Below, one piece after another: positions 1 through 9,540 of a DNA stretch of 64,000 bases. Position 1 is the first letter of the stretch, and every line of letters starts with the position of its first letter. Where the stretch lies: contig CAVYUC010000017.1 in NCBI GenBank assembly GCA_963771595.1, positions 43,445-107,444 of the forward strand. Direction: 5' to 3'. Source of the stretch: an uncultured Prolixibacteraceae bacterium (GTDB lineage Bacteria; Bacteroidota; Bacteroidia; Bacteroidales; Prolixibacteraceae). Made by a program: the position numbers and the translations under genes. The notes under the pieces were generated by a model. The model saw only the letters and a list, made by a program, of their open reading frames with translations, was not told where the DNA came from and ran no database searches.

Positions 1-881
1 CAGTAAATTCAGTCAAAAATCCTGAATTGCTCAGGGAAAGCAAATTGTATGTTTCGCTGGAACCCTGCGCCCATCATGGTTTAACGCCGCCATGTTCTGA
101 TCTTATTGTCGAAAAAAAAATTCCGGAAGTTGTTATTGGGACAATTGATCCGTTTTCGGAAGTTGCCGGGAAAGGAATTGAAAAGCTTAAAAAAGCCGGA
201 ATAATAGTGGAAACCGGAATTTTGGAATACGAATGCCGCGAGTTGAACAAACGTTTTTTTACTTTTCACGAAAGAAAAAGGCCGTATATAATATTAAAAT
301 GGGCACAAACTATCGATGGCTTTATCGACATCGAGCGCCTGCCCGAAGGTTTTGGACAGCCAACCTGGATTACCGGAGATCTGGCGCTGCGGCTGGTTCA
401 TAAAATCCGTGCCGAAGAGAATGCAATTCTGGTAGGGACAAAAACGGCGGAGAAAGATAATCCTTCGCTCACCCGGCGACACTGGCCCGGAAATAACCCG
501 GTGCGTTTACTGATTGATAGAAACCTGCGCTTGCCTGCCACTCTGAACCTTTTCGACAAATCGCAAAAAACACTGGTTTTTAATGCCGTTAAAAATGAGG
601 AAAATGAAAATCTGCATTTCATAAAAATCGATTTCGGGAAAAAAATAGCGCAGCAAATACTCGAAATTCTCTACCAACAGCAAATTCTTTCAGTAGTTGT
701 TGAAGGAGGCAAACAATTACTCGAAACTTTTATCGATGATAACCTTTGGGACGAAGCACATGTTTTTATCGGCAATAAATTCTTTTTTGGCGGAATAAAA
801 GCGCCCGTTTTTCAGGGAATTGTAACCGGTTCTGAAATGCTGAATACCGATCGGCTGGTGGTTTTCAGAAATAAAAACTAA
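1..881 (+). CDS. ribD: Riboflavin biosynthesis protein RibD (pyrimidine deaminase / uracil reductase), 5' end cut by window edge
   Basis: The frame is open from nt 3. It has the zinc-binding deaminase motif LYVSLEPCAHHGLTPPC, then a reductase domain (ILKWAQTIDGFI ... VVEGG). The ORF-track start at 27 is a TTG inside the deaminase domain, so the gene begins upstream of the window. Confidence 0.9.
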   Translation, partial: VNSVKNPELLRESKLYVSLEPCAHHGLTPPCSDLIVEKKIPEVVIGTIDPFSEVAGKGIEKLKKAGIIVETGILEYECRELNKRFFTFHERKRPYIILKWAQTIDGFIDIERLPEGFGQPTWITGDLALRLVHKIRAEENAILVGTKTAEKDNPSLTRRHWPGNNPVRLLIDRNLRLPATLNLFDKSQKTLVFNAVKNEENENLHFIKIDFGKKIAQQILEILYQQQILSVVVEGGKQLLETFIDDNLWDEAHVFIGNKFFFGGIKAPVFQGIVTGSEMLNTDRLVVFRNKN

Positions 882-1294
882 AGAGGCACCGATTTTGGAC
901 CACCCGGCATAATTTCAATGTTCAACACATTTTCGACATATAAAAAATAGTAGAACAACTTGTGGTTCAGTTCAAAGCCGTAATCCTGCGTTGGGTCGTA
1001 ACCTACAATCGGTTCAAAAAATTTGCTTTTTCGCGGATCAAGAGCGTTGGCATTCCAGGCATTAACATACTGATGGTTCCAGTTTTCATAGTAGCTTTGC
1101 GAACGGTATTGCGCCGGACTATCGTGTAAAGTGTACCAGGTGTCGAATTTAGGATCCAGCACTTCCAGTTCAAATTCAAGACTGTCTTTTTCCTCAACTT
1201 CAGTGCCGTTATCTTTTATTTTTACCACTTCTTTTTGGCTCGAACAGGCGGCTGCAAAAACCAGAATTATAATCCAATAAACAATATTTTTCAT
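878..1294 (-). CDS. Small lipoprotein of unknown function (DUF6146-like by memory)
   Basis: The internal ATG at 1294 gives MKNIVYWIIILVFAAACSS, a signal peptide plus lipobox Cys. The W/Y-rich mature part (LDPKFDTWY...YYENWNHQYVNAWN) resembles a Bacteroidota lipoprotein family. The upstream part of the long ORF looks non-coding. Confidence 0.6.
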   Translation of the reverse strand: MKNIVYWIIILVFAAACSSQKEVVKIKDNGTEVEEKDSLEFELEVLDPKFDTWYTLHDSPAQYRSQSYYENWNHQYVNAWNANALDPRKSKFFEPIVGYDPTQDYGFELNHKLFYYFLYVENVLNIEIMPGGPKSVPL

Positions 1295-1404
1295 GTGCGA
1301 TTTAACTTTAAATATCCAAACTTTTTTACGTACAAAATGTTTACCAGAATTGTTTATCATCCTAAAAATTATCAATTTTATGCAAGCATTTGCAAAAAAC
1401 TAAA

Positions 1405-2856
1405 ATGAATAACGGACTAAACTTTTGGCCCATTTTCTCCCTTGTTTTTTTAATTACTGCCATTCCGGTTGCGATTATGATTGTGCTCGAAAAAAGATCG
1501 CCCTACAAAACCGCAGCCTGGATTCTGGTGCTTATTCTCCTGCCCATTTTCGGCATTTTTTTTTATCTCTTTTTCGGACAGGAATACCGCAAACGCAAGC
1601 TTTTCTCACGCAAAGGAATAAAAAGTTTGGGAAAATTCCGAAGGCTTTCCCTGAAACAGCTTCGCGAAATTTCGCAAAACAATCTTCACCTCGACAGCAA
1701 AATACTGGAAAAGGAAAACATCATTCATTTATTGCTGAATAATTCCGATTCGCTGCTTACCACCGGAAACCAGATTCAGATTTACAACAACGGGAAAGAA
1801 ACGTTTAAAGCCGTTTTTGAAGCCATTAAAAACGCAAAACACCACATTCATCTTGAATATTATATTTTTTCGAACGACAACATTGGAAACCAGCTTAAAA
1901 ACATTCTTATTGAAAAAAGCAAAGAAGGTGTTGAAGTCCGCGTTATTATTGATGATGTGGGCAGCTGGAGTCTGAGCAAAAAATTTATTGCCGAATTGAG
2001 AGAAAACGGCGTGGAAATTTATTCATTCATGGAAGTGCATTTTCCGCGACTTACCTCGCGTGCCAATTACCGGAACCACAGAAAAATTCTGGTCATTGAT
2101 GGTAATATTGGATTTACCGGCGGAATAAACATCGCCGATCGATATGTAGATGGTGTGGAAGGAATTGGCCCCTGGCACGATACTCACCTAAAAATTACCG
2201 GCGATGCCGTGGTTTGTATGCAGGTAATTTTTGCTGCCGACTGGTATTTTGTTATCACCGAAAATTTATCGGGCCGAAAGTATTTTCCCGCTTTAACCAA
2301 CTCCAAGGGAATTCCGGTGCAGGTTGCAGCCAGCGGCCCCGATTCCGACTGGGAAAACATTGGACAAGCCATTTTTGCTGCAATTGCCACTGCCAAAACA
2401 AATGTTTATATTGCCACGCCTTACCTGATGCCGCCCGATCAAATTATTTCGGCCATAAAAACAGCGGCGCTTAGCGATGTAGATGTCCGGATAATCATTC
2501 CCGGAAAATCCGATTCCACCATATCAAAATGGTGTTCGCTCTCTTTTATCGAAGAATTGCTGGAGGCAGGCGTAAAAATTTATTTTTATGAAGGTGGATT
2601 TATTCACAGCAAGTATGTTCTCGCAGATGGAATTTTTTCTACAGTTGGAACTACCAACCTCGATTTCAGAAGTATTGAAACCAATTTTGAAGTAAATGCT
2701 TTTATGTATGATGAAAAATTTACCGGCAGGCTCGAGAAAATTTTTATGAACGACATAAAAAACAGCCGGCAGGTTTTTCTTGAACAATGGAAAAAAAGAC
2801 CATGGCATCATAAATTGCGCGAATCGCTGGCACACATTATCAGTCCGATGATGTAG
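1405..2856 (+). CDS. cls: Cardiolipin synthase (phospholipase D superfamily)
   Basis: It has two N-terminal TM helices and two HKD motifs (HRKILVIDG...GGINI and HSKYVLADG...GTTNLD). The ATG at 1405 is preferred over the TTG at 1390. Confidence 0.9.
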   Translation: MNNGLNFWPIFSLVFLITAIPVAIMIVLEKRSPYKTAAWILVLILLPIFGIFFYLFFGQEYRKRKLFSRKGIKSLGKFRRLSLKQLREISQNNLHLDSKILEKENIIHLLLNNSDSLLTTGNQIQIYNNGKETFKAVFEAIKNAKHHIHLEYYIFSNDNIGNQLKNILIEKSKEGVEVRVIIDDVGSWSLSKKFIAELRENGVEIYSFMEVHFPRLTSRANYRNHRKILVIDGNIGFTGGINIADRYVDGVEGIGPWHDTHLKITGDAVVCMQVIFAADWYFVITENLSGRKYFPALTNSKGIPVQVAASGPDSDWENIGQAIFAAIATAKTNVYIATPYLMPPDQIISAIKTAALSDVDVRIIIPGKSDSTISKWCSLSFIEELLEAGVKIYFYEGGFIHSKYVLADGIFSTVGTTNLDFRSIETNFEVNAFMYDEKFTGRLEKIFMNDIKNSRQVFLEQWKKRPWHHKLRESLAHIISPMM

Positions 2857-2870
2857 CGGAATCGCTCCAT

Positions 2871-3815
2871 TTAAAACGGCAACTTTCCCAAATCCAGGTT
2901 TCCGCCAGATAAAATTATCCCGACTTTTTTATCCCGAACATCTGTTTTACCTTCAAGAATTGCTGCCAGCGGAACTGCCGATGAAGGTTCAATAATAATT
3001 TTCATGCGTTCCCAAATCAGGCGCATTGCTTCCACAATATTTTCTTCGGAAACGGTAACAATCTCATCCACCTTTTCTGAAATGATTGCAAAATTTCGTT
3101 CGCCCAAAGATGTCAGCAAACCGTCGGCTATAGTTTTTGGATTTTCTGATGGAATAATTTTGCCTGCTCTGAATGAACGGCAAGCATCGTCGGCACCTGC
3201 TGGTTCGGCTGCAATTATTTTGCATTCAGGCAATAAATATTTTGCTGAAATGGCAGTTCCACTTAATAAACCGCCTCCGCCAACCGGCGCCATAATAACA
3301 TTAAAATCGCCAAAATCTTCGATTAATTCTTTTGCAGCAGTTCCCTGTCCGGCAATGACATGAAAGTTGTTGTACGGATGGATTTCAGTTGCACCGGTTT
3401 TTTTCACTACCTCGGCCAAAGTAATTTCACGGGCCTGCAAATTTGGTTTGCAGAATGTAATTCGGCCGCCATATCCGGCAACTGCTTTCTTTTTTATTTC
3501 GGGAGAGTTTTCGGGCATAACAATATGCGCTGCAATTCCGCGCATTTTAGCTGCCAGTGCCAGCGCTGCTGCATGATTACCCGACGAATGCGTTGCAACC
3601 CCCTTTTTTGCATCTGTTTCTGAAAGAGAAAACACAGCGTTACAAGCTCCGCGGAATTTAAATGCCCCCACTTTCTGAAAATTTTCGCACTTAAAAAAAA
3701 GCTTTGCACCAACTATTTTATCTATACCCGAGCAGGTTAAAACCGGGGTGCGGTGTGCATATTTTTTTACAATTTCGTGCGCTTTTTGCACGTCCGAAAA
3801 ATCAGGAAGATTCAT
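2871..3815 (-). CDS. PLP-dependent serine/threonine dehydratase family enzyme (serine racemase / hydroxyaspartate ammonia-lyase-like)
   Basis: It carries the PLP-lysine motif ENFQKVGAFKFRGA, HSSGNHA, and the glycine loop PVGGGGLLSG. The ~314-aa catalytic domain has no ACT regulatory domain. Confidence 0.8.
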   Translation of the reverse strand: MNLPDFSDVQKAHEIVKKYAHRTPVLTCSGIDKIVGAKLFFKCENFQKVGAFKFRGACNAVFSLSETDAKKGVATHSSGNHAAALALAAKMRGIAAHIVMPENSPEIKKKAVAGYGGRITFCKPNLQAREITLAEVVKKTGATEIHPYNNFHVIAGQGTAAKELIEDFGDFNVIMAPVGGGGLLSGTAISAKYLLPECKIIAAEPAGADDACRSFRAGKIIPSENPKTIADGLLTSLGERNFAIISEKVDEIVTVSEENIVEAMRLIWERMKIIIEPSSAVPLAAILEGKTDVRDKKVGIILSGGNLDLGKLPF

Positions 3816-4520
3816 TTATTGCGGTTTAGTAAATTTATCGTTCAACAATTTAAAATCAGTTTTATAGAAACTCTGGTCCGAAAGATTCTTCATTCGCTTT
3901 AACCCGGAGTAATAAAGAAAAATAACAAATCCGGCAAATACGACCGACAACCAGGCAATTCCTGTAAATAAAATAAAATCGTAAATTCCGTGCAGCAAAA
4001 CCGGGTACAACAATGCTTTCTGTTTGAGTTGGCGTGTTTCTTTGGTATAAAATTTTGCCAATCCGAAAAAGAATCCCATTGTAATTCCGAAAACTGCATG
4101 AGCCGGCACAGCGGTCAGTGCGCGTGTTATTCCGGTTGAAATCCCGTTACTTGTTACGTACAATACATTTTCAACTGCAGCAAAACCAAGTGATACAAAA
4201 ACGGCGTAAACAATTCCGTCAAACTTATCATTGAACTCCGGACTTTTCCAAATCAGGATATAAAGCACCAGATATTTAAACAATTCTTCAGTGAAACCAG
4301 CAACAACAAAAGCTCTCCAGGCGGCTTTCATCAGTCCGGGAAAAAATCCGGAAAATCCTTCCAGAAATCCTTCAGCAAAAAAAACAGGAATTACTGTTAG
4401 TCCGCCGGAAACGAGCGCAAAAAGCAACAACCGAAAAGGTTCTTTTTCATATTTATCGCGGAGATAAATGTACAGGGCTATTACAAAAACCGGGGCCAGC
4501 GAAAGTATTAAAAGGTTCAT
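3816..4520 (-). CDS. PrsW-family intramembrane metalloprotease
   Basis: It is polytopic, with the PrsW signatures GFTEELFKY and HGIYDF. It abuts the upstream gene with no gap. Confidence 0.75.
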   Translation of the reverse strand: MNLLILSLAPVFVIALYIYLRDKYEKEPFRLLLFALVSGGLTVIPVFFAEGFLEGFSGFFPGLMKAAWRAFVVAGFTEELFKYLVLYILIWKSPEFNDKFDGIVYAVFVSLGFAAVENVLYVTSNGISTGITRALTAVPAHAVFGITMGFFFGLAKFYTKETRQLKQKALLYPVLLHGIYDFILFTGIAWLSVVFAGFVIFLYYSGLKRMKNLSDQSFYKTDFKLLNDKFTKPQ

Positions 4521-4582
4521 TTCTGAATTATTTCAATCTGTAAAAGTTTAGCCGGTATTTAAATGCAAAGCCAGAACCGGCA

Positions 4583-5530
4583 TTAATTTCCGTCGTTAAA
4601 AAAGTAAGTTTCCACACCTTTTGCTCCGGTGCGGGTTTTAAAAAGGCCACCTGCATGCGGGAATTTTTCCAGTTCTTCTTTCGTTGTTCCCTGCCGGGCT
4701 GTGGTTATGTACAGCGTTTCCAAACCTGGGCCGCCAAATGCGCAGGAAGTAACATTTTTTGCAGGCACTTTAATTGTGCGGAGCAATTCACCGATTTCAG
4801 GATTCCAGCATCCCACAGCAGAACCGCCCCAAAGCGCCACCCAAATATTTCCTTCTGAATCGATGGTCATTCCATCGGGAGCGCCCATTTCTGCCGGAAC
4901 TTCAACAGCCACCTGCCGATTGCTGATTTCGCCGGTTTCGTTGTTGTAACTGTAACTCATCACCTTTTGCGTTGGTGTATCGATATAATACATCTTCCCA
5001 TTTTTAGCATTCCAGACAATCCCGTTTGAAATGCTCACATTTTCAATCATTTTGTGAATGGAGCTGTCTTTGTCGAGCCGGTAAAGCGCGCCTTTTTCTT
5101 TTTCACCATTCATGTTCATGGTTCCTGCCCAAAACCGGCCGGCGGGATCACATTTGCCATCGTTAAACCGGTTTCCCTGAATGGTATCCTCCGGATTAAC
5201 AATTAGTTTTTTTGTACCGGTTTCCGGATCGAGCGAATAAATGCCGTTTTTCAGCGCGACAATCACCTGCCCCGATTCGGCAGGCACAACAGTTCCAATT
5301 ATTTGACCGGTCAGCATTTCCTTGTTGTTGCGCAAATCCTCGTTATAAAAATTAAGAATTTTGGCGCTAATGTTAATCCACAGCAGTTCTCCGGTTTTAT
5401 GGTTCCAAATGGCACCTTCACCCAAATCCGATTTTGTGTCAATTACCAGTTCCACGTCATCTGTTTTTTCTGAAGTACAAGAAGCTATTATTAAGGCAGA
5501 AATTAATATCAGGTATTTTATTTTTTTCAT
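4583..5530 (-). CDS. SMP-30/gluconolactonase/LRE-family beta-propeller lipoprotein
   Basis: It has a lipoprotein signal (LIIASCTSE). Propeller motifs include GEGAIWN, RFNDGKCDPAGRFWAGTM, ISNGIVW and PDGMTIDSEGNIWVALWGG. Confidence 0.8.
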   Translation of the reverse strand: MKKIKYLILISALIIASCTSEKTDDVELVIDTKSDLGEGAIWNHKTGELLWINISAKILNFYNEDLRNNKEMLTGQIIGTVVPAESGQVIVALKNGIYSLDPETGTKKLIVNPEDTIQGNRFNDGKCDPAGRFWAGTMNMNGEKEKGALYRLDKDSSIHKMIENVSISNGIVWNAKNGKMYYIDTPTQKVMSYSYNNETGEISNRQVAVEVPAEMGAPDGMTIDSEGNIWVALWGGSAVGCWNPEIGELLRTIKVPAKNVTSCAFGGPGLETLYITTARQGTTKEELEKFPHAGGLFKTRTGAKGVETYFFNDGN

Positions 5531-5721
5531 TTACAGCGAATAAAATTTGCAACATTCTTTTTCCTATAAAACCATAACAATTAATACCACCCAATCTTTC
5601 ATTCCGGAAGAAAAGATAAAGAAAATTTCAGACACAGGATTTTAGAAAAAGATTCAATTTTAAAACTTGATATTATTCTTTAAACTTTGAACCCGGAACC
5701 CGGAAATTTATAAATTGAACT

Positions 5722-6546
5722 TTAAACGTTAAATTCCGTCCCCTCCACAAGTTTTCGCAGAATCAACGTCATTTTGGGTTCAGCTTTCATAGCCACCTGC
5801 TGCACTTCTTCGTGCGAAATTTCCACAATTTCGCCCGGAACACCGCTGTCGGTAACTATTGAAATTCCAAACACTTTCAATCCCATATGATGTGCAACAA
5901 TTACTTCGGGAACTGTTGACATTCCCACAATATCGGCCCCGAAAATGCGAAACATCCGGTATTCGGCAGGCGTTTCAAATGTTGGTCCCTGAACGCCAAT
6001 GTAAATCCCTTCCTTTAACTGAATTTTATGTTCCTGCGCAATTTCTTTGGCTTTATCAATTAATTGCTGATTGTAAACTTTGCTCATATCAGGAAATCGC
6101 GGTCCCAGTAAATCATTGTTGGGACCATGAAGCGGATGTTCCGGAAAAAAGTTAATGTGATCGTTGATTAAAACAATGTCGCCCACACGCCATTCGGGAT
6201 TTAAACCGCCGGAAGCATTGGACACAAAAAGGTGCGTTATTCCAATAAATTTCATCACGCGCACCGGAAAAGTGACTTCTTTCATCGAATAACCTTCGTA
6301 ATAATGAAACCGTCCCTGCATAGCCAGCACGGGTTTATCGCCCAATTTCCCGTAGATAAGACGGCTGGCATGGCCCTGAACTGTGGACACCGGAAAACCG
6401 GGGATTTCGTTGTAAGGAATTGAATCCAGGATTTCGATTTCGTTTACCAGTCCCCCTAATCCTGTTCCCAGGATAATGCCGATTTCAGGACTGGCGTTTA
6501 TTCTTTCTTTTATATAATTCGCGGTTGCTTTTATTTTCTCCAACAT
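5722..6546 (-). CDS. Purine nucleoside phosphorylase (trimeric PNP/PunA type)
   Basis: Motifs are GIILGTGLG, RFHYYEGY, SNASGGLNP, GPxFETPAEYRM and GADIVGMSTVPEV. Confidence 0.85.
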   Translation of the reverse strand: MLEKIKATANYIKERINASPEIGIILGTGLGGLVNEIEILDSIPYNEIPGFPVSTVQGHASRLIYGKLGDKPVLAMQGRFHYYEGYSMKEVTFPVRVMKFIGITHLFVSNASGGLNPEWRVGDIVLINDHINFFPEHPLHGPNNDLLGPRFPDMSKVYNQQLIDKAKEIAQEHKIQLKEGIYIGVQGPTFETPAEYRMFRIFGADIVGMSTVPEVIVAHHMGLKVFGISIVTDSGVPGEIVEISHEEVQQVAMKAEPKMTLILRKLVEGTEFNV

Positions 6547-7591
6547 AACCTAAAATTCTTTTATTGAACGATTTCCCGTCTTCTCCAAGAAACCGCACTT
6601 TCACAGGTAAATAATATAATAATTCTTTAATTTGTTCATCAATGCCGGCCATTTCCTTCAACCGTACTGCATCCTTTTCGGTGGTAACAATTATTTTATT
6701 TGCCGAATCCATAGCAATGAATTTACTGCTGATTGTCCGGATATCTTCATCAGTAAAATTATGATGATCAGGAAACTGCAGTGTTTCAAGCCGATTGGAA
6801 ACACCTTCCAGATATTTAAATATAAGCAGAGGCGAAGCAATACCCGTTACGGCCAAAATATCGTATTTTTTCCCCGGAATTGATTTATCGAATAATACAG
6901 GGGCCGAAAATACAGGTAAAAATTTATCGTAAACAAGCGTGGTAAAAAACATCTCCTGGTATGGTTTCAGGTGAACTCCATTTTCCATAACCCGCCGCAT
7001 AATGGGCGTAATTTCGCCTGGACATTTGGTGAAAATAATGATGCTGGCGCGGTGTCTTTGGAAAGCGCTTTCGCGAAGATGCCCAGCCGGTAAAAGCATA
7101 TCGTCTTTTATCGGGCGGTTGTAATCGATAAGCAAAATATTTATTCCCGGCGTTATCTGCCGGTGCTGGTAGGCGTCGTCGAGCAAAATAACATCCGGAA
7201 TTTTTATTTCCTGAGCCCGCATGATTTTATCAACACCCACTACCCGTTTTTCGCAAACTGAAACCGAAACATCCCGGAATTTTCGCTTCATCTGCAGCGG
7301 TTCGTCGCCCACATCGGCAACTTTAGAATTCTCTTCGACCCAAAAAAAACCACGGGTTTTACGTTTATAGCCGCGGCTTAAAGTAACCACTTCGAATTTA
7401 TCCTTTAAAAGTTCGATTAAATATTCCACGTGCGGTGTTTTTCCCGTGCCGCCAACTGTAATGTTGCCGATGGATATAACCGGTACTTCAAACTCTGTGG
7501 ATTTCAGAATATTTAAATCGTACAGGCGGTTGCGAACAAACACAACCAATCCATACAAAACCGAAAAAGGAAATAAAATTAATTTCTTCAT
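6485..7591 (-). CDS. lpxK: Tetraacyldisaccharide 4'-kinase
   Basis: It has the P-loop GNITVGGTGKTP, then SRGYKRK and DDAYQH. The 3' end overlaps the PNP start by 62 nt. Confidence 0.85.
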   Translation of the reverse strand: MKKLILFPFSVLYGLVVFVRNRLYDLNILKSTEFEVPVISIGNITVGGTGKTPHVEYLIELLKDKFEVVTLSRGYKRKTRGFFWVEENSKVADVGDEPLQMKRKFRDVSVSVCEKRVVGVDKIMRAQEIKIPDVILLDDAYQHRQITPGINILLIDYNRPIKDDMLLPAGHLRESAFQRHRASIIIFTKCPGEITPIMRRVMENGVHLKPYQEMFFTTLVYDKFLPVFSAPVLFDKSIPGKKYDILAVTGIASPLLIFKYLEGVSNRLETLQFPDHHNFTDEDIRTISSKFIAMDSANKIIVTTEKDAVRLKEMAGIDEQIKELLYYLPVKVRFLGEDGKSFNKRILGYVGENKSNRELYKRKNKRQS

Positions 7592-7757
7592 TCAACTGAA
7601 GTTTCAAAGTTAAAAAAGTATAACGCAAAAATAGGTTTAATAAAGTAAATTTCAGGTTATGTACTACCATTTAATTATATTCATTAGTATGCAATTGATA
7701 CTAAAAGAAAGGGCTTCACATTTGTGAAACCCTTTCAAAATTATTTATCAGTTCCTG

Positions 7758-8627
7758 CTATTTAAACCAGGCATTTACTGTTGCCTTATTTGCCTCGTAC
7801 CAGTTTTTTGCTCCTGTTTCTTCATCATTATTTCTTATTTCCTGCATTAATCCGTAAAGCTGTTCTTCATTCAGATTAAAATTTTTAAAGAAAGCTGCAA
7901 CTTTTGGCATATCTTCTTCAAAACCTCTGCGTGAAATTATGGCGCAAACATCTTTCGGATAGATATTTTTTGGATCTTCGAGGTATTTCAAATCGTTGGT
8001 AGCCCACATAAAATGTGGTTTCCAACCGGTAACAACTATCCAGTCATTGTTTGATATGGCTTTTTCGAGGCTGGCTACCATGGCCGGGCCACTGGAAGTA
8101 ATTTGTTCGAAATCGAGATCATAGGCATCTATCGCTTTAAGTGTATTTGCATGAATACCAGCGCCACCGCCTATTCCAATAATTTCGCCGTCAAATTTAT
8201 CTTTATATTCATTTAATTCGGAAATTGAATTAACCGGAACATAAGAAGGTACAACTAAACCGGTAGTTCCATTGCTGAACGACTCTCCCAGTTTTACCAG
8301 TTTATCACCATAATCAGCCCAGTAATCAGCATGCGTATTAGGCAACCATGCATCGAGAAAAACATCGCCTTTTGAATTTTCTTTTGATAATTCTCCGTAA
8401 ATCAATCCAGGTTCAAGGTTGGTAAGTTCCACCTCGTAACCATTATCTTCAAGCGCTGCTTTGGCCAGATAAGTAAATGCAATACCTTCGGCCCAGTTGG
8501 GATAGAAAATGGTTACTTCTTTTTTTTCGTTTTCTGAACTACTTTTTTTACCGCTGTTGCATGAAATAATGCCAATTGCAAAACTTAAAACAACAAGCAG
8601 GCTCACAAAATTCTTGATTTTCAACAT
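7758..8627 (-). CDS. opuAC: Glycine betaine/proline betaine ABC transporter substrate-binding lipoprotein
   Basis: It has a lipobox (IGIISCNSG) and the aromatic-cage context WAEGIAFTY ... DAWLPNTHADYW ... GWKPHFMW. An alternative upstream ATG lies at 8651. Confidence 0.8.
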   Translation of the reverse strand: MLKIKNFVSLLVVLSFAIGIISCNSGKKSSSENEKKEVTIFYPNWAEGIAFTYLAKAALEDNGYEVELTNLEPGLIYGELSKENSKGDVFLDAWLPNTHADYWADYGDKLVKLGESFSNGTTGLVVPSYVPVNSISELNEYKDKFDGEIIGIGGGAGIHANTLKAIDAYDLDFEQITSSGPAMVASLEKAISNNDWIVVTGWKPHFMWATNDLKYLEDPKNIYPKDVCAIISRRGFEEDMPKVAAFFKNFNLNEEQLYGLMQEIRNNDEETGAKNWYEANKATVNAWFK

Positions 8628-8652
8628 AATATTGATTTTTATAATTTTCAAA

Positions 8653-9540
8653 TTATTTTTTATTTGCTATTGATTGGGTAATGCGGTCGAGAACTATGGC
8701 CAAAATAACAATTCCGACTCCCGATTCGAAACCTTTTGCAATATCATTTTGCTGAATCCCCTGGTAAACGATACTCCCAAGTCCTTTTGCCCCAACCATG
8801 GAAGCTATAACAACCATTGACAGGGCAAGTAAAATCACCTGATTAATACCTGCAAGAATAGTTGGCATTGCCAATGGTAACTGGATTTTAAAGAGAATCT
8901 GGTTTTCGTTGGCACCAAATGCCCTTCCCGCTTCAATCACGTCTCCCGGAACATTTCGAATACCGAGATTGGTTAAACGTACAGCAGGTGGCAACGAAAA
9001 AATCACCGTCGCAATAACTCCCGGTGTGTTTCCTACACTAAAGAAAAATATGGCTGGTATGAGGTAAACAAAAGCCGGCATTGTTTGCATGAAATCAAGA
9101 ACTGGCCGAATAATGGCATCTGCCGTATTATTTTTTGCCGACAATATTCCAAACGGAATTCCAATTATTAAAGCAATTAAGGTGGAAACCAGAACAAGTG
9201 TTGTTGTTTGCATCGATTCCTCCCAATATCCCATACCGTAAATCAGCAAAAATCCCAATAAAACAAACAGGGTCAAACCAGCGCCTTTTTTTAGTCCTTC
9301 TTTTTTTAATAAATTACCTTTTGCTTTTGCATAATAGGCAGCTACAGCTATCAGCAAAACAATGACAAAAAAGGGTACGGAAAGAAGTATATCGTTTAAA
9401 CTCTCAACAGTCCATGAAATACCTTCATCTATTGCATTCCATAAAAAAGAAAAATTTCGTTCCAGTGAATTAATGCCATTTTCGATTATTTCTCCAATAT
9501 TTATAAATTTCTCCATGTTATAACTCATTTGCTTTTTCAA
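8653..9540 (-). CDS. opuAB: Glycine betaine ABC transporter permease
   Basis: It is polytopic with the EAA-type loop EAGRAFGANENQILFKIQLPLA. Alternative starts at 9528 or 9516 would remove the overlap with opuAA. Confidence 0.85.
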   Translation of the reverse strand: MKKQMSYNMEKFINIGEIIENGINSLERNFSFLWNAIDEGISWTVESLNDILLSVPFFVIVLLIAVAAYYAKAKGNLLKKEGLKKGAGLTLFVLLGFLLIYGMGYWEESMQTTTLVLVSTLIALIIGIPFGILSAKNNTADAIIRPVLDFMQTMPAFVYLIPAIFFFSVGNTPGVIATVIFSLPPAVRLTNLGIRNVPGDVIEAGRAFGANENQILFKIQLPLAMPTILAGINQVILLALSMVVIASMVGAKGLGSIVYQGIQQNDIAKGFESGVGIVILAIVLDRITQSIANKK

